From NCBI GenBank assembly GCA_022072505.1, contig JAJVHU010000029.1, positions 5,917 to 69,916 of the forward strand: a stretch of DNA of 64,000 nucleotides, in the 5' to 3' direction. Positions within the stretch are counted from its first letter, which is position 1. The number at the start of each line of letters is the position of its first letter. The notes beneath the pieces are model-generated. The model had not been told where the DNA came from and searched no databases. It worked only from the letters and a program-made list of their open reading frames with translations. Shown one piece after another: positions 52,857-61,122 of the stretch. The translations under genes and the position numbers were made by a program. The stretch comes from Phycisphaerae bacterium (GTDB lineage Bacteria; Planctomycetota; Phycisphaerae; UBA1845).

Positions 52857-54229
52857 GTCGATCCACGCCCGCCCGCCAGCAGCCGGGCGATCGCGTCGCG
52901 TCGGCGCTTCGCGGCCTTTCCCGCCGCGTTCGCCAGGTCCGTCAGTTCGATCGTCAGCTCTGCGACCGTCGCAGGAACGGTTCCGGCGTCCGCGCTGCCG
53001 TCCGCGCGCGTCGGCGGTGAGAAGACCTTTCCCTGCGTGAATTCCGTGGCAATGTCGCGGTAAGCCTGGCGAAACGGAACGCCCGCCCGGACGCGCTCGT
53101 ACGCCTCGGCGGCGGCGAACATGTCGGGGGTGACGGCCTGCGTCATCCTCGCCCGGTCCGCCTCGAAGGCTTCGATCACCCGTGTCGCGACGCGAAGCAG
53201 GTCGGAGGTCTCGCCCGCGGCGCGGATCGCGGGGGCCTTGGTCAGTTGAAGATCGCGGTGGTAACTGCTCGGAAGCTTGCCGGCGACGTGCTCCAGTTCG
53301 CCGGCCCAGGCCCGGAGCCGCGCGGCGCGTCCCCGCAGCAGTTCCAGCGCGTCCGGGTTGCGCTTCTGAGGCATGATGGACGATCCGGTCGTCATCGACG
53401 CCGGCAACCGGAAGAAACCGAACTCCGCCGTCGTGAACAACACGAAGTCCCACGCCAGCTTCTCCAGCACCGCGCCGATGTCGGACGCATACCGAGTGAA
53501 CGCCAGCTCGTAGCGACCCCGGCTGTTCTGCACGTCGATCGCGCTGCGCTGCACCCGCGAGAAACCCAGCAGTTCGGCCGTGTACACCCGGTCCAGCGGC
53601 AGCGGAACGCCGAACCCGGCCCCGGTCCCCAGAGGACAGGCGTCGAGGCGATCCAGCAGGTGCAACCCGGCGCGCATCTGATCGGCCGCGCCCTCCGCGA
53701 ATGCCTGAAGCCACTGTCCCAGGCTCGACGGCATCGCCCGCTGAAGGTGAGTGTACCCCGGCATGACCGCGTCGCCGTCGCGCCCGACTCGCGTCACGCA
53801 AACCTCGGCGAACGTGTTCAACTCCTCGATCAGCCTCGAGGCGGCGTTGCAAAGAAAAAGCCGCATCGCCACCGCGACCTGGTCATTGCGCGAGCGCCCG
53901 GTATGAATCTTCTCTCCCGCCGGCCCCAGCGTCCGCGTCAGATGCGCCTCAATCGCCGTGTGTCCGTCCTCCAGCTCCGGCGGAATCCGGAACGCCCCGC
54001 GCCCGCTCAGCTCGGCGATGCGCGCCAGCTCCGCGACCAGCGCCGCCGACTCTCCGGGCGTCAGCAGCCCCGCCCGCTCGAGCGTCCTCGCGTGCGCCGC
54101 CGACGCCGCGCAATCCCAGGGCACAAGGAACAAATCCCAGTGCGGATCATCCCCCACGGTGAACCGGTGCAGCAAGGCATCGAGCGGTTCCCCCTTGTCC
54201 CAAAGTGTTCGTGCCGGTGACTCGCTCAT
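52841..54229 (-). CDS. argH: argininosuccinate lyase
   Basis: From ATG at 54229 it reads MSESPARTLWDKGEPLD, with the segments TGRSRNDQV and GSSIMPQKRNPDALELLRG (fumarate-lyase signature). The 141 upstream codons of the track ORF run through repeat DNA and are rejected. Confidence 0.9.
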   Translation of the reverse strand: MSESPARTLWDKGEPLDALLHRFTVGDDPHWDLFLVPWDCAASAAHARTLERAGLLTPGESAALVAELARIAELSGRGAFRIPPELEDGHTAIEAHLTRTLGPAGEKIHTGRSRNDQVAVAMRLFLCNAASRLIEELNTFAEVCVTRVGRDGDAVMPGYTHLQRAMPSSLGQWLQAFAEGAADQMRAGLHLLDRLDACPLGTGAGFGVPLPLDRVYTAELLGFSRVQRSAIDVQNSRGRYELAFTRYASDIGAVLEKLAWDFVLFTTAEFGFFRLPASMTTGSSIMPQKRNPDALELLRGRAARLRAWAGELEHVAGKLPSSYHRDLQLTKAPAIRAAGETSDLLRVATRVIEAFEADRARMTQAVTPDMFAAAEAYERVRAGVPFRQAYRDIATEFTQGKVFSPPTRADGSADAGTVPATVAELTIELTDLANAAGKAAKRRRDAIARLLAGGRGSTQTGA

Positions 54230-54249
54230 CCGTCGCGCTCTTGAACCGT

Positions 54250-54285
54250 GTTTCAAAACCGAGCCGCGCCCGTAAGGAAGCGTTC
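54250..54285 (-). repeat. REP-like element (plus strand reads GTTTCAAAACCGAGCCGCGCCCGTAAGGAAGCGTTC)
   Basis: It is the reverse complement of the copy-1 consensus with one difference (TAAGG versus TCAGG). Confidence 0.8.
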
Positions 54286-54400
54286 CTCCTCCAGCCTGCG
54301 CCGCGGGGCTTGCAACCGCGTCCTGATCCGTCCTGCTTCGCCTCGTTCCGATCCGCGAAGGCGTCGTTATTCCGCTTTGAAATACCCCCGCACGATCCGC
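54258..54400. repeat. 143-bp direct repeat, copy 1 (decayed copy of the argE 3' end plus its downstream region)
   Basis: By manual comparison it is base-for-base identical to 54461-54603. Confidence 0.85.
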
Positions 54401-54460
54401 GCCCCGGACGGCGTCTCCACGGGAAACAGCCGGTTGCGTGGACGTGGTCCGCACGTCCGC

Positions 54461-54603
54461 ACCGAGCCGCGCCCGTAAGGAAGCGTTCCTCCTCCAGCCT
54501 GCGCCGCGGGGCTTGCAACCGCGTCCTGATCCGTCCTGCTTCGCCTCGTTCCGATCCGCGAAGGCGTCGTTATTCCGCTTTGAAATACCCCCGCACGATC
54601 CGC
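54461..54603. repeat. 143-bp direct repeat, copy 2 (last 34 nt of argE plus 109 nt downstream)
   Basis: It is identical to 54258-54400 and contains the true argE stop codon at 54570-54572. Confidence 0.85.
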
Positions 54604-55649
54604 TCGTAAACCGCCGCTCCGTCGCGCAGCTCCGTCTCCGTGACGAACTCATCCGCCGTGTGCGATCGCTCCGGCCGCCCCGGACCGATCTTCACCGCCG
54701 GCGTCCCCGAAAGACACACCATGTCGCTCATCGACGGGCTTCCCGTCGGCGACGATCCCGGAAGCGCCGCCAGAACCGCCCGCACGATCCGCGCCCCGGA
54801 CGGCGTCTCCACGGGAACCAGCCGGTCGCTGTGGACGTGGACGTCGCTTCGCAGCGCGTTCCGCAGACGCTCGACCGCCGGCCCGTGCGGCTGAAGCGGC
54901 GTCGTCCGCACGTCCACGAAGAACTCGCAGGAATCCGGAATCACGTTTCGCGCCACGCCTCCGTGAATCTGGGTGACATGCGCGTGACACTTCCCCAGCA
55001 GCGGATGCGCCGGACCCCAGTCGAACGCCCGCAGCGCCGCCACGTCCTCTGCCGCGAGGTGGATCGCGTTCGCCGCCCGGTCCGGCGGTTCATGCGCCGG
55101 ATGCCCCGTTCGCCCGCGCGCCGTCAGCCGCAGAATCAGCAGCCCGCGCTGCGCCGTCATCGGCACAAGGCCCGTCGGCTCGCCCACCAGCGCCGCGTCG
55201 ATCGGCCCGATCCGGTCGAGGATCGTCCCCAGCCCCGCGCCGCTCGTCTCTTCCTCCGCGGTCAGCGCCAGGACGACGGTCCCGCCAAGGCGTTCACCGT
55301 GCTTCAAACCCTCCGCCAGCCGCAGCGCCGCCTGCATCATCGCGCTGACGCATCCCTTCGCGTCATTCGCGCCCAACGCCGTAATGCGCCCGTCCCCGCG
55401 ACGAGGCGTCCACGGATCCGCGCTCCAGCCTTCGCCCGGCGGGACCGTGTCCAGGTGGGAGTTCAGCAGTAATCGCGGTCGAGGCGCGTCCCCGATTTCG
55501 CACCAGACATTGCAGCCGCCGCGCTCGAGGCGCAACCCGGCCGATGCCAGCTCCGCCGTCACCGCATCCACGATCGCGCCTTCGTCGCGCGACAGGCTGC
55601 GGATCGACGCCAGCCGCACAAGCCGCTCGACCAGCGCGTCGTCGTTCAT
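54570..55649 (-). CDS. argE: M20-family deacetylase (ArgE-like; probable N-acetylcitrulline/acetylornithine deacetylase)
   Basis: The M20 motifs are NSHLDTVPPG, GANDAKG and TAEEETSGAG. It sits within the arg operon and has a 4-nt overlap with argB. Confidence 0.8.
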   Translation of the reverse strand: MNDDALVERLVRLASIRSLSRDEGAIVDAVTAELASAGLRLERGGCNVWCEIGDAPRPRLLLNSHLDTVPPGEGWSADPWTPRRGDGRITALGANDAKGCVSAMMQAALRLAEGLKHGERLGGTVVLALTAEEETSGAGLGTILDRIGPIDAALVGEPTGLVPMTAQRGLLILRLTARGRTGHPAHEPPDRAANAIHLAAEDVAALRAFDWGPAHPLLGKCHAHVTQIHGGVARNVIPDSCEFFVDVRTTPLQPHGPAVERLRNALRSDVHVHSDRLVPVETPSGARIVRAVLAALPGSSPTGSPSMSDMVCLSGTPAVKIGPGRPERSHTADEFVTETELRDGAAVYERIVRGYFKAE

Positions 55650-56560
55650 TTCCCGATCCCGTCAGACGTGACCCCGCGCCGCCCCACGATCAGCGTCCCG
55701 CAACCTGCGTTGGTGAACACTTCGCCCAGCAGCGTGTCGCGCACCACGCCGTTGATGATGTGGACGCGGTCCACTCCGCCCGTCAGCGCGTCCAGACACG
55801 CCCGGATCTTCGGCAGCATCCCTCCGCTGATGACCCCGCGCTCGATCAACGCGCCGACTTCGTCCGTCGAAAGCTGCGAGAACAACGTCGCCGGGTTGTT
55901 CACGTCCGCCAGCACGCCGTCCACCGTCGTCAGAAGAAAGTACTTCGTCGCCTCGACGCGCACCGCCAGCGCCGACGCCACCGTGTCCGCGTTCACGTTG
56001 TACACCTGGCCCGCGTCATCCGCCGCCAGCGAGCACACCACCGGGACGTACCCCAGCGACATCAGGTGCAGCAGCGGCGCGGGATTCACCTCCGCCACGT
56101 CCCCGACGTAACCGTAATCCACGTCCACCGTCGCCCCGCCGTCCTGCACGCGCTGCACCGGTCTGCGCACCGCCCGGATCAACCCCGCGTCCACCCCCGA
56201 AAGCCCGATGGCCGACAGCCGCCGCGCCCGGCACGACGCCAGCACGTCCGTATGCACCGACCCGGCGAACACCATCGTCGCCAGCCGCAGCGTCTCCGCG
56301 TCCGTCACGCGCCGCCCCGCGACGATCCGCGGTGCAAGACCCGTCTTCGCGCTGAGCGCGTTCATCTGCTCCCCGCCGCCGTGGACGAGGATGAGTTGAA
56401 TCCCGAGCTGGTGCAGCAGGGCGCACTGCTCGATGACGTGGTCCAGCACCGGTCCGGGCGAGCACAACCCGCCTCCGAGCTTCACCACGAACGTCCGCCC
56501 CTTGTACGCCCGAAGATACGGAATCGCCCCCCGAAACGTGCTCAAATCAACCGTGTGCAT
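55646..56560 (-). CDS. argB: acetylglutamate kinase
   Basis: The segments IPYLRAYKGRTFVVKLGGG, LVHGGG and NVNADT are present. Confidence 0.9.
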   Translation of the reverse strand: MHTVDLSTFRGAIPYLRAYKGRTFVVKLGGGLCSPGPVLDHVIEQCALLHQLGIQLILVHGGGEQMNALSAKTGLAPRIVAGRRVTDAETLRLATMVFAGSVHTDVLASCRARRLSAIGLSGVDAGLIRAVRRPVQRVQDGGATVDVDYGYVGDVAEVNPAPLLHLMSLGYVPVVCSLAADDAGQVYNVNADTVASALAVRVEATKYFLLTTVDGVLADVNNPATLFSQLSTDEVGALIERGVISGGMLPKIRACLDALTGGVDRVHIINGVVRDTLLGEVFTNAGCGTLIVGRRGVTSDGIGK

Positions 56561-56593
56561 CGATGCTCCAACCGCTCAACCCGACGACTGAAG

Positions 56594-56637
56594 TTCGCAT
56601 TCAGAAATCCGGATTCCGCATTCCTCATTCCGCGTTC
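56594..56637 (-). repeat. GAATGCGG-type repeat overlapping the argF' stop codon
   Basis: The minus strand reads GAACGCGGAATGAGGAATGCGGAATCCGGATTTCTGAATGCGAA. The argF' stop is the TGA inside GGAATGAGG. Confidence 0.75.
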
Positions 56638-57632
56638 AACAGTTTCATCACCACCGCCATCTGCGCCCACATCCGGTTCTCCGCCTGATCCACCACCACG
56701 CGGTGCCGGCTGTCCAGCGCCTCGTCCGCGATGACCACGTTCCTCCGCACCGGGAGGCAGTGCATCAGCAGCGCTTCGTCTTTGCCGAAGTGCCGCAGGG
56801 CGACGGTCCAGTCCCGATGCGCCCGGAAGCTCGCGGTCTGCTCGTCCGGCTTGCCGTAAAGCGCCGCGCTCCCCCAGCTCTTGACGTACACGACGTCCGC
56901 CGCGCGGCACGCCGGCGTCTGCTCATGCGCGATCTCGAACGACGTTCCCGCTTCCGCGCACCACCGCCGCGCCGTCGCCATCACGTCCGCGTTCAATTCG
57001 TACCCCGGCGGATGCGCGACGGTCACGTGCATCCCCGCGCTCGCCGCCGCCAGCGCCGCCGAGTGCGGAACCGCCATCGGCAGCCCCTTCACGTGCGGCG
57101 CCCACGTCAGCACGAAGCGCTTCCCCCGCGCGTCGCGCAGCTTCTCCTCGATCGTCATCCGGTCCGCCAGCCCCTGACACGGATGCTCCATCGCCGATTC
57201 CATGTTGATGATCGGGACCGTCGCGTGCCGCGCGAACGACCGGATCACCGCGTCCTTCGCGTCCCCCGCCGCGTCCTTCAACCCCGCGAACGTCCGCACG
57301 CCCAGCACGTCGCAGTACCGCGAAAGCACCGGCGCGGCCTCCCGGATGTGCTCCGCCGCCGCCCCGTCCATCACCACGCCGTCCCGATGCTCCAGCGCCC
57401 ACGTGTCGCCGCCGACGTTCAGGCAGATCGCATGACCCCCGAGCCGCGCCATCAGCGACTCGAACGACGTCCGCGTCCGCAGCGACGGGTTGAAGAACAC
57501 CATCCCCATCACCCGCCCGCGCAAAGCGTCCTTCGGAAGGCGATCGCGCCGCGACTTCAACGTGGTCGCCGCAACCAGCAACTTTCGAAGCGGTTCGAGC
57601 GAATCAGCAGTCCAATGAACGAAACCGTCCAT
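56625..57632 (-). CDS. argF': N-acetylornithine carbamoyltransferase (AOTCase type)
   Basis: FFNPSLRTRTSFE, INMESAMEHPCQ, VYVKSWGS, HCLPVRRNV and DQAENRMWAQ match the Xanthomonas-type AOTCase pattern as I remember it (FFNPSMRTRTSFE, HPCQ, HCLPLRRNV), rather than the STRTR of classical OTCase. ATG at 57632 follows a GGGAG RBS. Confidence 0.85.
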   Translation of the reverse strand: MDGFVHWTADSLEPLRKLLVAATTLKSRRDRLPKDALRGRVMGMVFFNPSLRTRTSFESLMARLGGHAICLNVGGDTWALEHRDGVVMDGAAAEHIREAAPVLSRYCDVLGVRTFAGLKDAAGDAKDAVIRSFARHATVPIINMESAMEHPCQGLADRMTIEEKLRDARGKRFVLTWAPHVKGLPMAVPHSAALAAASAGMHVTVAHPPGYELNADVMATARRWCAEAGTSFEIAHEQTPACRAADVVYVKSWGSAALYGKPDEQTASFRAHRDWTVALRHFGKDEALLMHCLPVRRNVVIADEALDSRHRVVVDQAENRMWAQMAVVMKLLNAE

Positions 57633-57719
57633 ATTGGCTCCCGTCCGGCTTCTCGCTCTTGCGCGGAATCCGAAACCCAACTCCACCTCTGCGTTCTCTG
57701 CGCACTCTGCGGATATTTC

Positions 57720-57843
57720 TCACACCGGCCTCACCGAAGGCCGCCACAACCCCGTCGTCTCCTCCAGTCCGCACATCAGATTCATGTTCTGGATCGCCGT
57801 CCCCGCCATGCACTTGACTAGGCTGTTCAGCGCCGCCATCGCG
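57720..57843 (-). pseudogene. displaced, decaying copy of the argC 3' end (last about 40 codons)
   Basis: It encodes ...AALNSLVKCMAGTAIQNMNLMCGLEETTGLWRPSVRPV*, compared with ...AALDNLVKGMAGTAIQNMNLMCGLEETTGLWQPSVRPV* in the functional argC. It is a 124-nt direct repeat of 58589-58712, with about 10 mismatches by manual alignment. Confidence 0.8.
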
Positions 57844-57915
57844 TGCCGAGAGCACTCCCGTCGGGGCGCGCATTCGCGACGCAAAGTCCCCCTTGCCGTC
57901 GACCACCCGTGAGAA

Positions 57916-58098
57916 CTACACTGGAACCCTCTCCGCCGTTCGCTTAGCGCGCAACTCGGCTTGCAGGCGTCGGAGCTCTTCCGTCTGTTCCTTCCAGTAC
58001 TGTTCAACCTGCTCGCGTGAGAGACCTTCCAGCCGCTGCCGGATTCGCTCTGCGCCTTGGCGCTTCATCTCGACGCAGTCAAACTCCTTCTTCTTCAT
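57916..58098 (-). CDS. small helical protein, candidate partner/antitoxin of the PIN protein
   Basis: ATG at 58098 has a GGAGG RBS 9 nt upstream, inside the PIN gene's 3' end. The product is charged and coiled-coil-like (MKKKEFDCVEMKRQGAERIRQRLEGLSREQVEQYWKEQTEELRRLQAELRAKR). Its function is inferred from position only. Confidence 0.5.
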   Translation of the reverse strand: MKKKEFDCVEMKRQGAERIRQRLEGLSREQVEQYWKEQTEELRRLQAELRAKRTAERVPV

Positions 58099-58549
58099 AC
58101 TCAATCACCTCCGATGGCGACAGGATCAAAATCTTCGGCAGGCCGTTCAAGGTGTTGACTGCCTGATACAGGGGCACCTTATCGTAGTGCACGATGTGCC
58201 GGAAATTCCAGCTGACGATGCAGTCGCAACGTCCCACCGAGGCAAGGGCTACGTGGAGTGCGTCGTTGGCGCTGCGTCGTGAAACGACCCCGGCGGTCAA
58301 GTATGCTTCCTGCAGCTTGAGGGATTTCGTGTCTGTTTCGAGTAGCTCCATGTCGGGCAGGTGCTCCGCAAACAGATCGCGGACCCTCGGAGGCGCCAAG
58401 TCAATCTCGCGCAGCACGACAGCGGAGGTCTTCAACAAGAACCGCCCGGCGATGGCCTGCGAAAGCAGCTCTCGGCTCGCAACCTCAAACTGAACGTCAA
58501 AGCACCCCCCAAACACCGAGGTGTCAACATAGATCGTCAACGCGCCCAT
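58079..58549 (-). CDS. PIN-domain protein (VapC-like toxin candidate)
   Basis: It has the layout of acidic residues seen in PIN domains: IYVDTSVFGG (Asp 1), LREI (Glu), NDALHVALA (Asp 3) and the C-terminal SWNFRH. Local G+C is visibly lower than in the flanks. Confidence 0.8.
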   Translation of the reverse strand: MGALTIYVDTSVFGGCFDVQFEVASRELLSQAIAGRFLLKTSAVVLREIDLAPPRVRDLFAEHLPDMELLETDTKSLKLQEAYLTAGVVSRRSANDALHVALASVGRCDCIVSWNFRHIVHYDKVPLYQAVNTLNGLPKILILSPSEVIEYEEEGV

Positions 58550-58588
58550 GCCGCCGCTCCCGTTTACCGCGATCTCATCGACCCCGCC

Positions 58589-59689
58589 TCACACCGGCCT
58601 CACCGACGGCTGCCACAACCCCGTCGTCTCCTCCAGTCCGCACATCAGGTTCATGTTCTGGATCGCCGTCCCCGCCATCCCTTTCACGAGGTTGTCCAGC
58701 GCCGCCATCGCGATCACCTGCCGTCCGCGCACCGCCACGCCGATGTCGCAAAAGTTCGACCCGACGACGTCTTGCAGCGTCGGCGAGCCCTCGACGATGC
58801 GCACGAAAGGCGACCCGGCGTAAAACGCGCGATACCGCCCCGAAACCGACTCCGCCGTCGGCGCGCTCGAACCCGCGGGCGCGAGTGCCGCAGCCGCCGC
58901 CTCGTCAAGCGTCACATGCGCCGTCACGAAGATCCCGCGGGTCACGTCCATGCTCTGCGCCACGAACGACAGCGTGATCCGCTCGCCCGCCGCGTCGCCC
59001 CACGCCTGAAGAATCTCCGGTTCGTGCTGATGCGCCAGCGGCTTGTACGCCCGGAAATCCGCATGCCGCGTCGGGTGATGCGTCGTCTCCTTGAGCTGCC
59101 GCCCCGACCCCGACGACCCGGTCTTCGCGTCCACGACCACCGTCCCGCGGAACCCGCCGCCCACCAGCGGCGCCGCCGCCAGGATCGACGCGCTCGCCAG
59201 GCACCCGGGATTCGCAATGCACGCCGCCTCCCGGACCCGATCCCGATTCAACTCGGGCAACCCGTACAAGAAGCGCGGCCGCAAGTCCGCCAACCACGGC
59301 GTCTCCCCGTAGTGCGCCTCATGCACCTCGCGCCGCGCCAACCGAAAATCGCCGGACAGATCGATCACCTTCAACCGGCTTGCCTGCTTCGCGTCCATCT
59401 CGCGAAGGAGCCGTTCGACCGCCTTACCGCTCGACCCGTTCGGCAGCGCCGAGAACACCACCGCATGCTCGCCTCCCAGCAGCCGCTCGAACTCGATCCG
59501 CTCCGCCATCGCCAGGTCATAAAACCCGCGCAGGTGCGGATGCACGCGGTCCACGCGCTGCCCCGCCTGCGACGACGTGACCACGCTGACCACCTCGACG
59601 TGCGGATGCTGCGTCAGCAGGCGCAGCAACTCCCCCGCGCCGTACCCGCTCCCGCCGAGGATTGCGACTTTGATAAAACGCTCATTCAT
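58589..59689 (-). CDS. argC: N-acetyl-gamma-glutamyl-phosphate reductase
   Basis: The segments VAILGGSGYGAGELLRLL (Rossmann fold), the active-site IANPGCLASA and the C-terminal DNLVKGMAGTAIQNMN are present. Confidence 0.9.
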   Translation of the reverse strand: MNERFIKVAILGGSGYGAGELLRLLTQHPHVEVVSVVTSSQAGQRVDRVHPHLRGFYDLAMAERIEFERLLGGEHAVVFSALPNGSSGKAVERLLREMDAKQASRLKVIDLSGDFRLARREVHEAHYGETPWLADLRPRFLYGLPELNRDRVREAACIANPGCLASASILAAAPLVGGGFRGTVVVDAKTGSSGSGRQLKETTHHPTRHADFRAYKPLAHQHEPEILQAWGDAAGERITLSFVAQSMDVTRGIFVTAHVTLDEAAAAALAPAGSSAPTAESVSGRYRAFYAGSPFVRIVEGSPTLQDVVGSNFCDIGVAVRGRQVIAMAALDNLVKGMAGTAIQNMNLMCGLEETTGLWQPSVRPV

Positions 59690-59839
59690 CCCGAGCCGCG
59701 GGCTTCAGCCCGCGCGATCAACCCTGTACCCCAGTGCTTGCACCTATCCGCCCCTTCCCCGCGCAATGCCTCGCTTGGACGGCACGCCTCGGCGCTTCAA
59801 GATCGCCGCGGGCGAATCTCATCGCTTGCTGAAAACGCT

Positions 59840-59875
59840 GTTTCAAAACCGAGCCGCGCCCGTAAGGAAGCGTTC
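59840..59875 (-). repeat. REP-like element (plus strand reads GTTTCAAAACCGAGCCGCGCCCGTAAGGAAGCGTTC)
   Basis: It is identical to 54250-54285 by eye and lies 70 nt downstream of the stop codon of the 59945-60991 gene. Confidence 0.8.
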
Positions 59876-59944
59876 TTATTTCGCCCGGTTCGGAGGATTA
59901 TGAAACAGCGTGTAAGCCGCCCCTTGTTCGAGGACTCGCGCGGG

Positions 59945-60991
59945 CTAAAGCCCGCGGTTCAGACGCCCCGCCACGAACGCCCCGAACTCCTCCGGATGCG
60001 TCCGCGCGTTGATCGCCGTCAGCCCCAGCTCCCGCTCGACGAACCCCGTGCCTACCGCGTTGTCCGTCGCCGGGCCGGTCACCACGTCGATCTTCAGCCC
60101 GAACCGCTCGTCCATCACCCGCTGCGCCCCCCAGACCCCGACCGGGTCATTCGCGCACATGACGATCGCTCCGGCCGCCTTCATCAGCGCCGCGTCGCCC
60201 AGAATCGCCTGCACGCCGTATTCGCCGAGAATTCCGTCTCCCAGCTCCGCGACGATCACCTGCGCCCCCGCGTCCGCCAGATGCCGCACCAGCCCCCGCG
60301 CCACCCGCTTCGACGTCTCCGGCGACGTCGTCACCACGCCCGCGTCCGTGAACGACACCGCCCACTTCGCCCCGTAATCCATCATCGACAGCGTATCCCG
60401 CCGCAGGGACACGCCCGTCAGCTTGCATCCGCCCACCGTCATCCCCTGACGCGACAGGTGGCGGATCAGGCGCGACGCCGCCGCCGTCTTCCCACTGTTC
60501 ATGCACGTCCCCGCGACGAACGCCACCGGCACGTCCGTGCGCGGCTCATCGCGCAAGGCGATCGCGTTCATCCCGATGTGCGCCGGAACGCCCGAGCGGT
60601 CCTCGAAATCCGGGAACGTCAGCACCGCCCCGAGAATCTCCACCTCGAACGGCTTGCCCACCTCCGGGTTCTGCGAGGTGCATACGCCGATGACGCCGCC
60701 GAGATTCAGCAGGTGCAGCCGGTCGCCGACGTTGATCGCCTCGGGCACGTAACCCGAGTACCCGTGCAGCGCATTGCGATGCCCGAGCACGCCGACGATC
60801 ACGTCGCCTTCATGCAACGTCACCATCCTCCCGTGTACGTCCTCGATCTGGTTGTACACCGACTTCGTGCCGTGGATGCGCCCGGCCACGAGAAACCCTT
60901 CGCGGGCGATGACCGCGGAGGCAACGCGGATATCGCGCCCGACAGGCACGTTGCGCGTCGCGGAAGCAATTTTGTCCACAAGAATTCGCAT
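59945..60991 (-). CDS. uncharacterised protein with an internal P-loop (GTCMNSGKT), embedded in the arg operon
   Basis: This 348-aa ORF has normal codon usage. An N-terminal roughly 150-aa beta-rich region precedes VAFVAGTCMNSGKTAAASRLIRHL (a GTxxxxGKT loop of the BioD/CobQ/DUF1611 kind). I cannot assign a family with confidence. Confidence 0.7.
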   Translation of the reverse strand: MRILVDKIASATRNVPVGRDIRVASAVIAREGFLVAGRIHGTKSVYNQIEDVHGRMVTLHEGDVIVGVLGHRNALHGYSGYVPEAINVGDRLHLLNLGGVIGVCTSQNPEVGKPFEVEILGAVLTFPDFEDRSGVPAHIGMNAIALRDEPRTDVPVAFVAGTCMNSGKTAAASRLIRHLSRQGMTVGGCKLTGVSLRRDTLSMMDYGAKWAVSFTDAGVVTTSPETSKRVARGLVRHLADAGAQVIVAELGDGILGEYGVQAILGDAALMKAAGAIVMCANDPVGVWGAQRVMDERFGLKIDVVTGPATDNAVGTGFVERELGLTAINARTHPEEFGAFVAGRLNRGL

Positions 60992-61122
60992 GAAAGCTGC
61001 TTAGCTTTGAGCTGCCGGCGGTTAGCCGGAACCCCTTTCGATCCAGACGCCAACGATGCGAGCCGTCACCACGCTCGGCGGCTTCCAGCTCATCCCCTCA
61101 TCCACGCAGAGCTTGAATCTGT

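Noticed and set aside
51399-53852. 817-aa minus-strand ORF
   Set aside because: It is out of frame with argH. It overlaps the methyltransferase and the PepSY-like gene and crosses a 445-bp non-coding spacer. The translation is Arg/Gly/Pro-rich.
54230-54652. 141-codon N-terminal extension of the argH track ORF (603 aa)
   Set aside because: The extension is translated from the duplicated argE tail and REP-like repeats (the peptide ...CGGISKRNNDAFADRNEAKQDGSGRGCKPRGAGW... occurs twice). The conserved ArgH N-terminus starts at the internal ATG at 54229.
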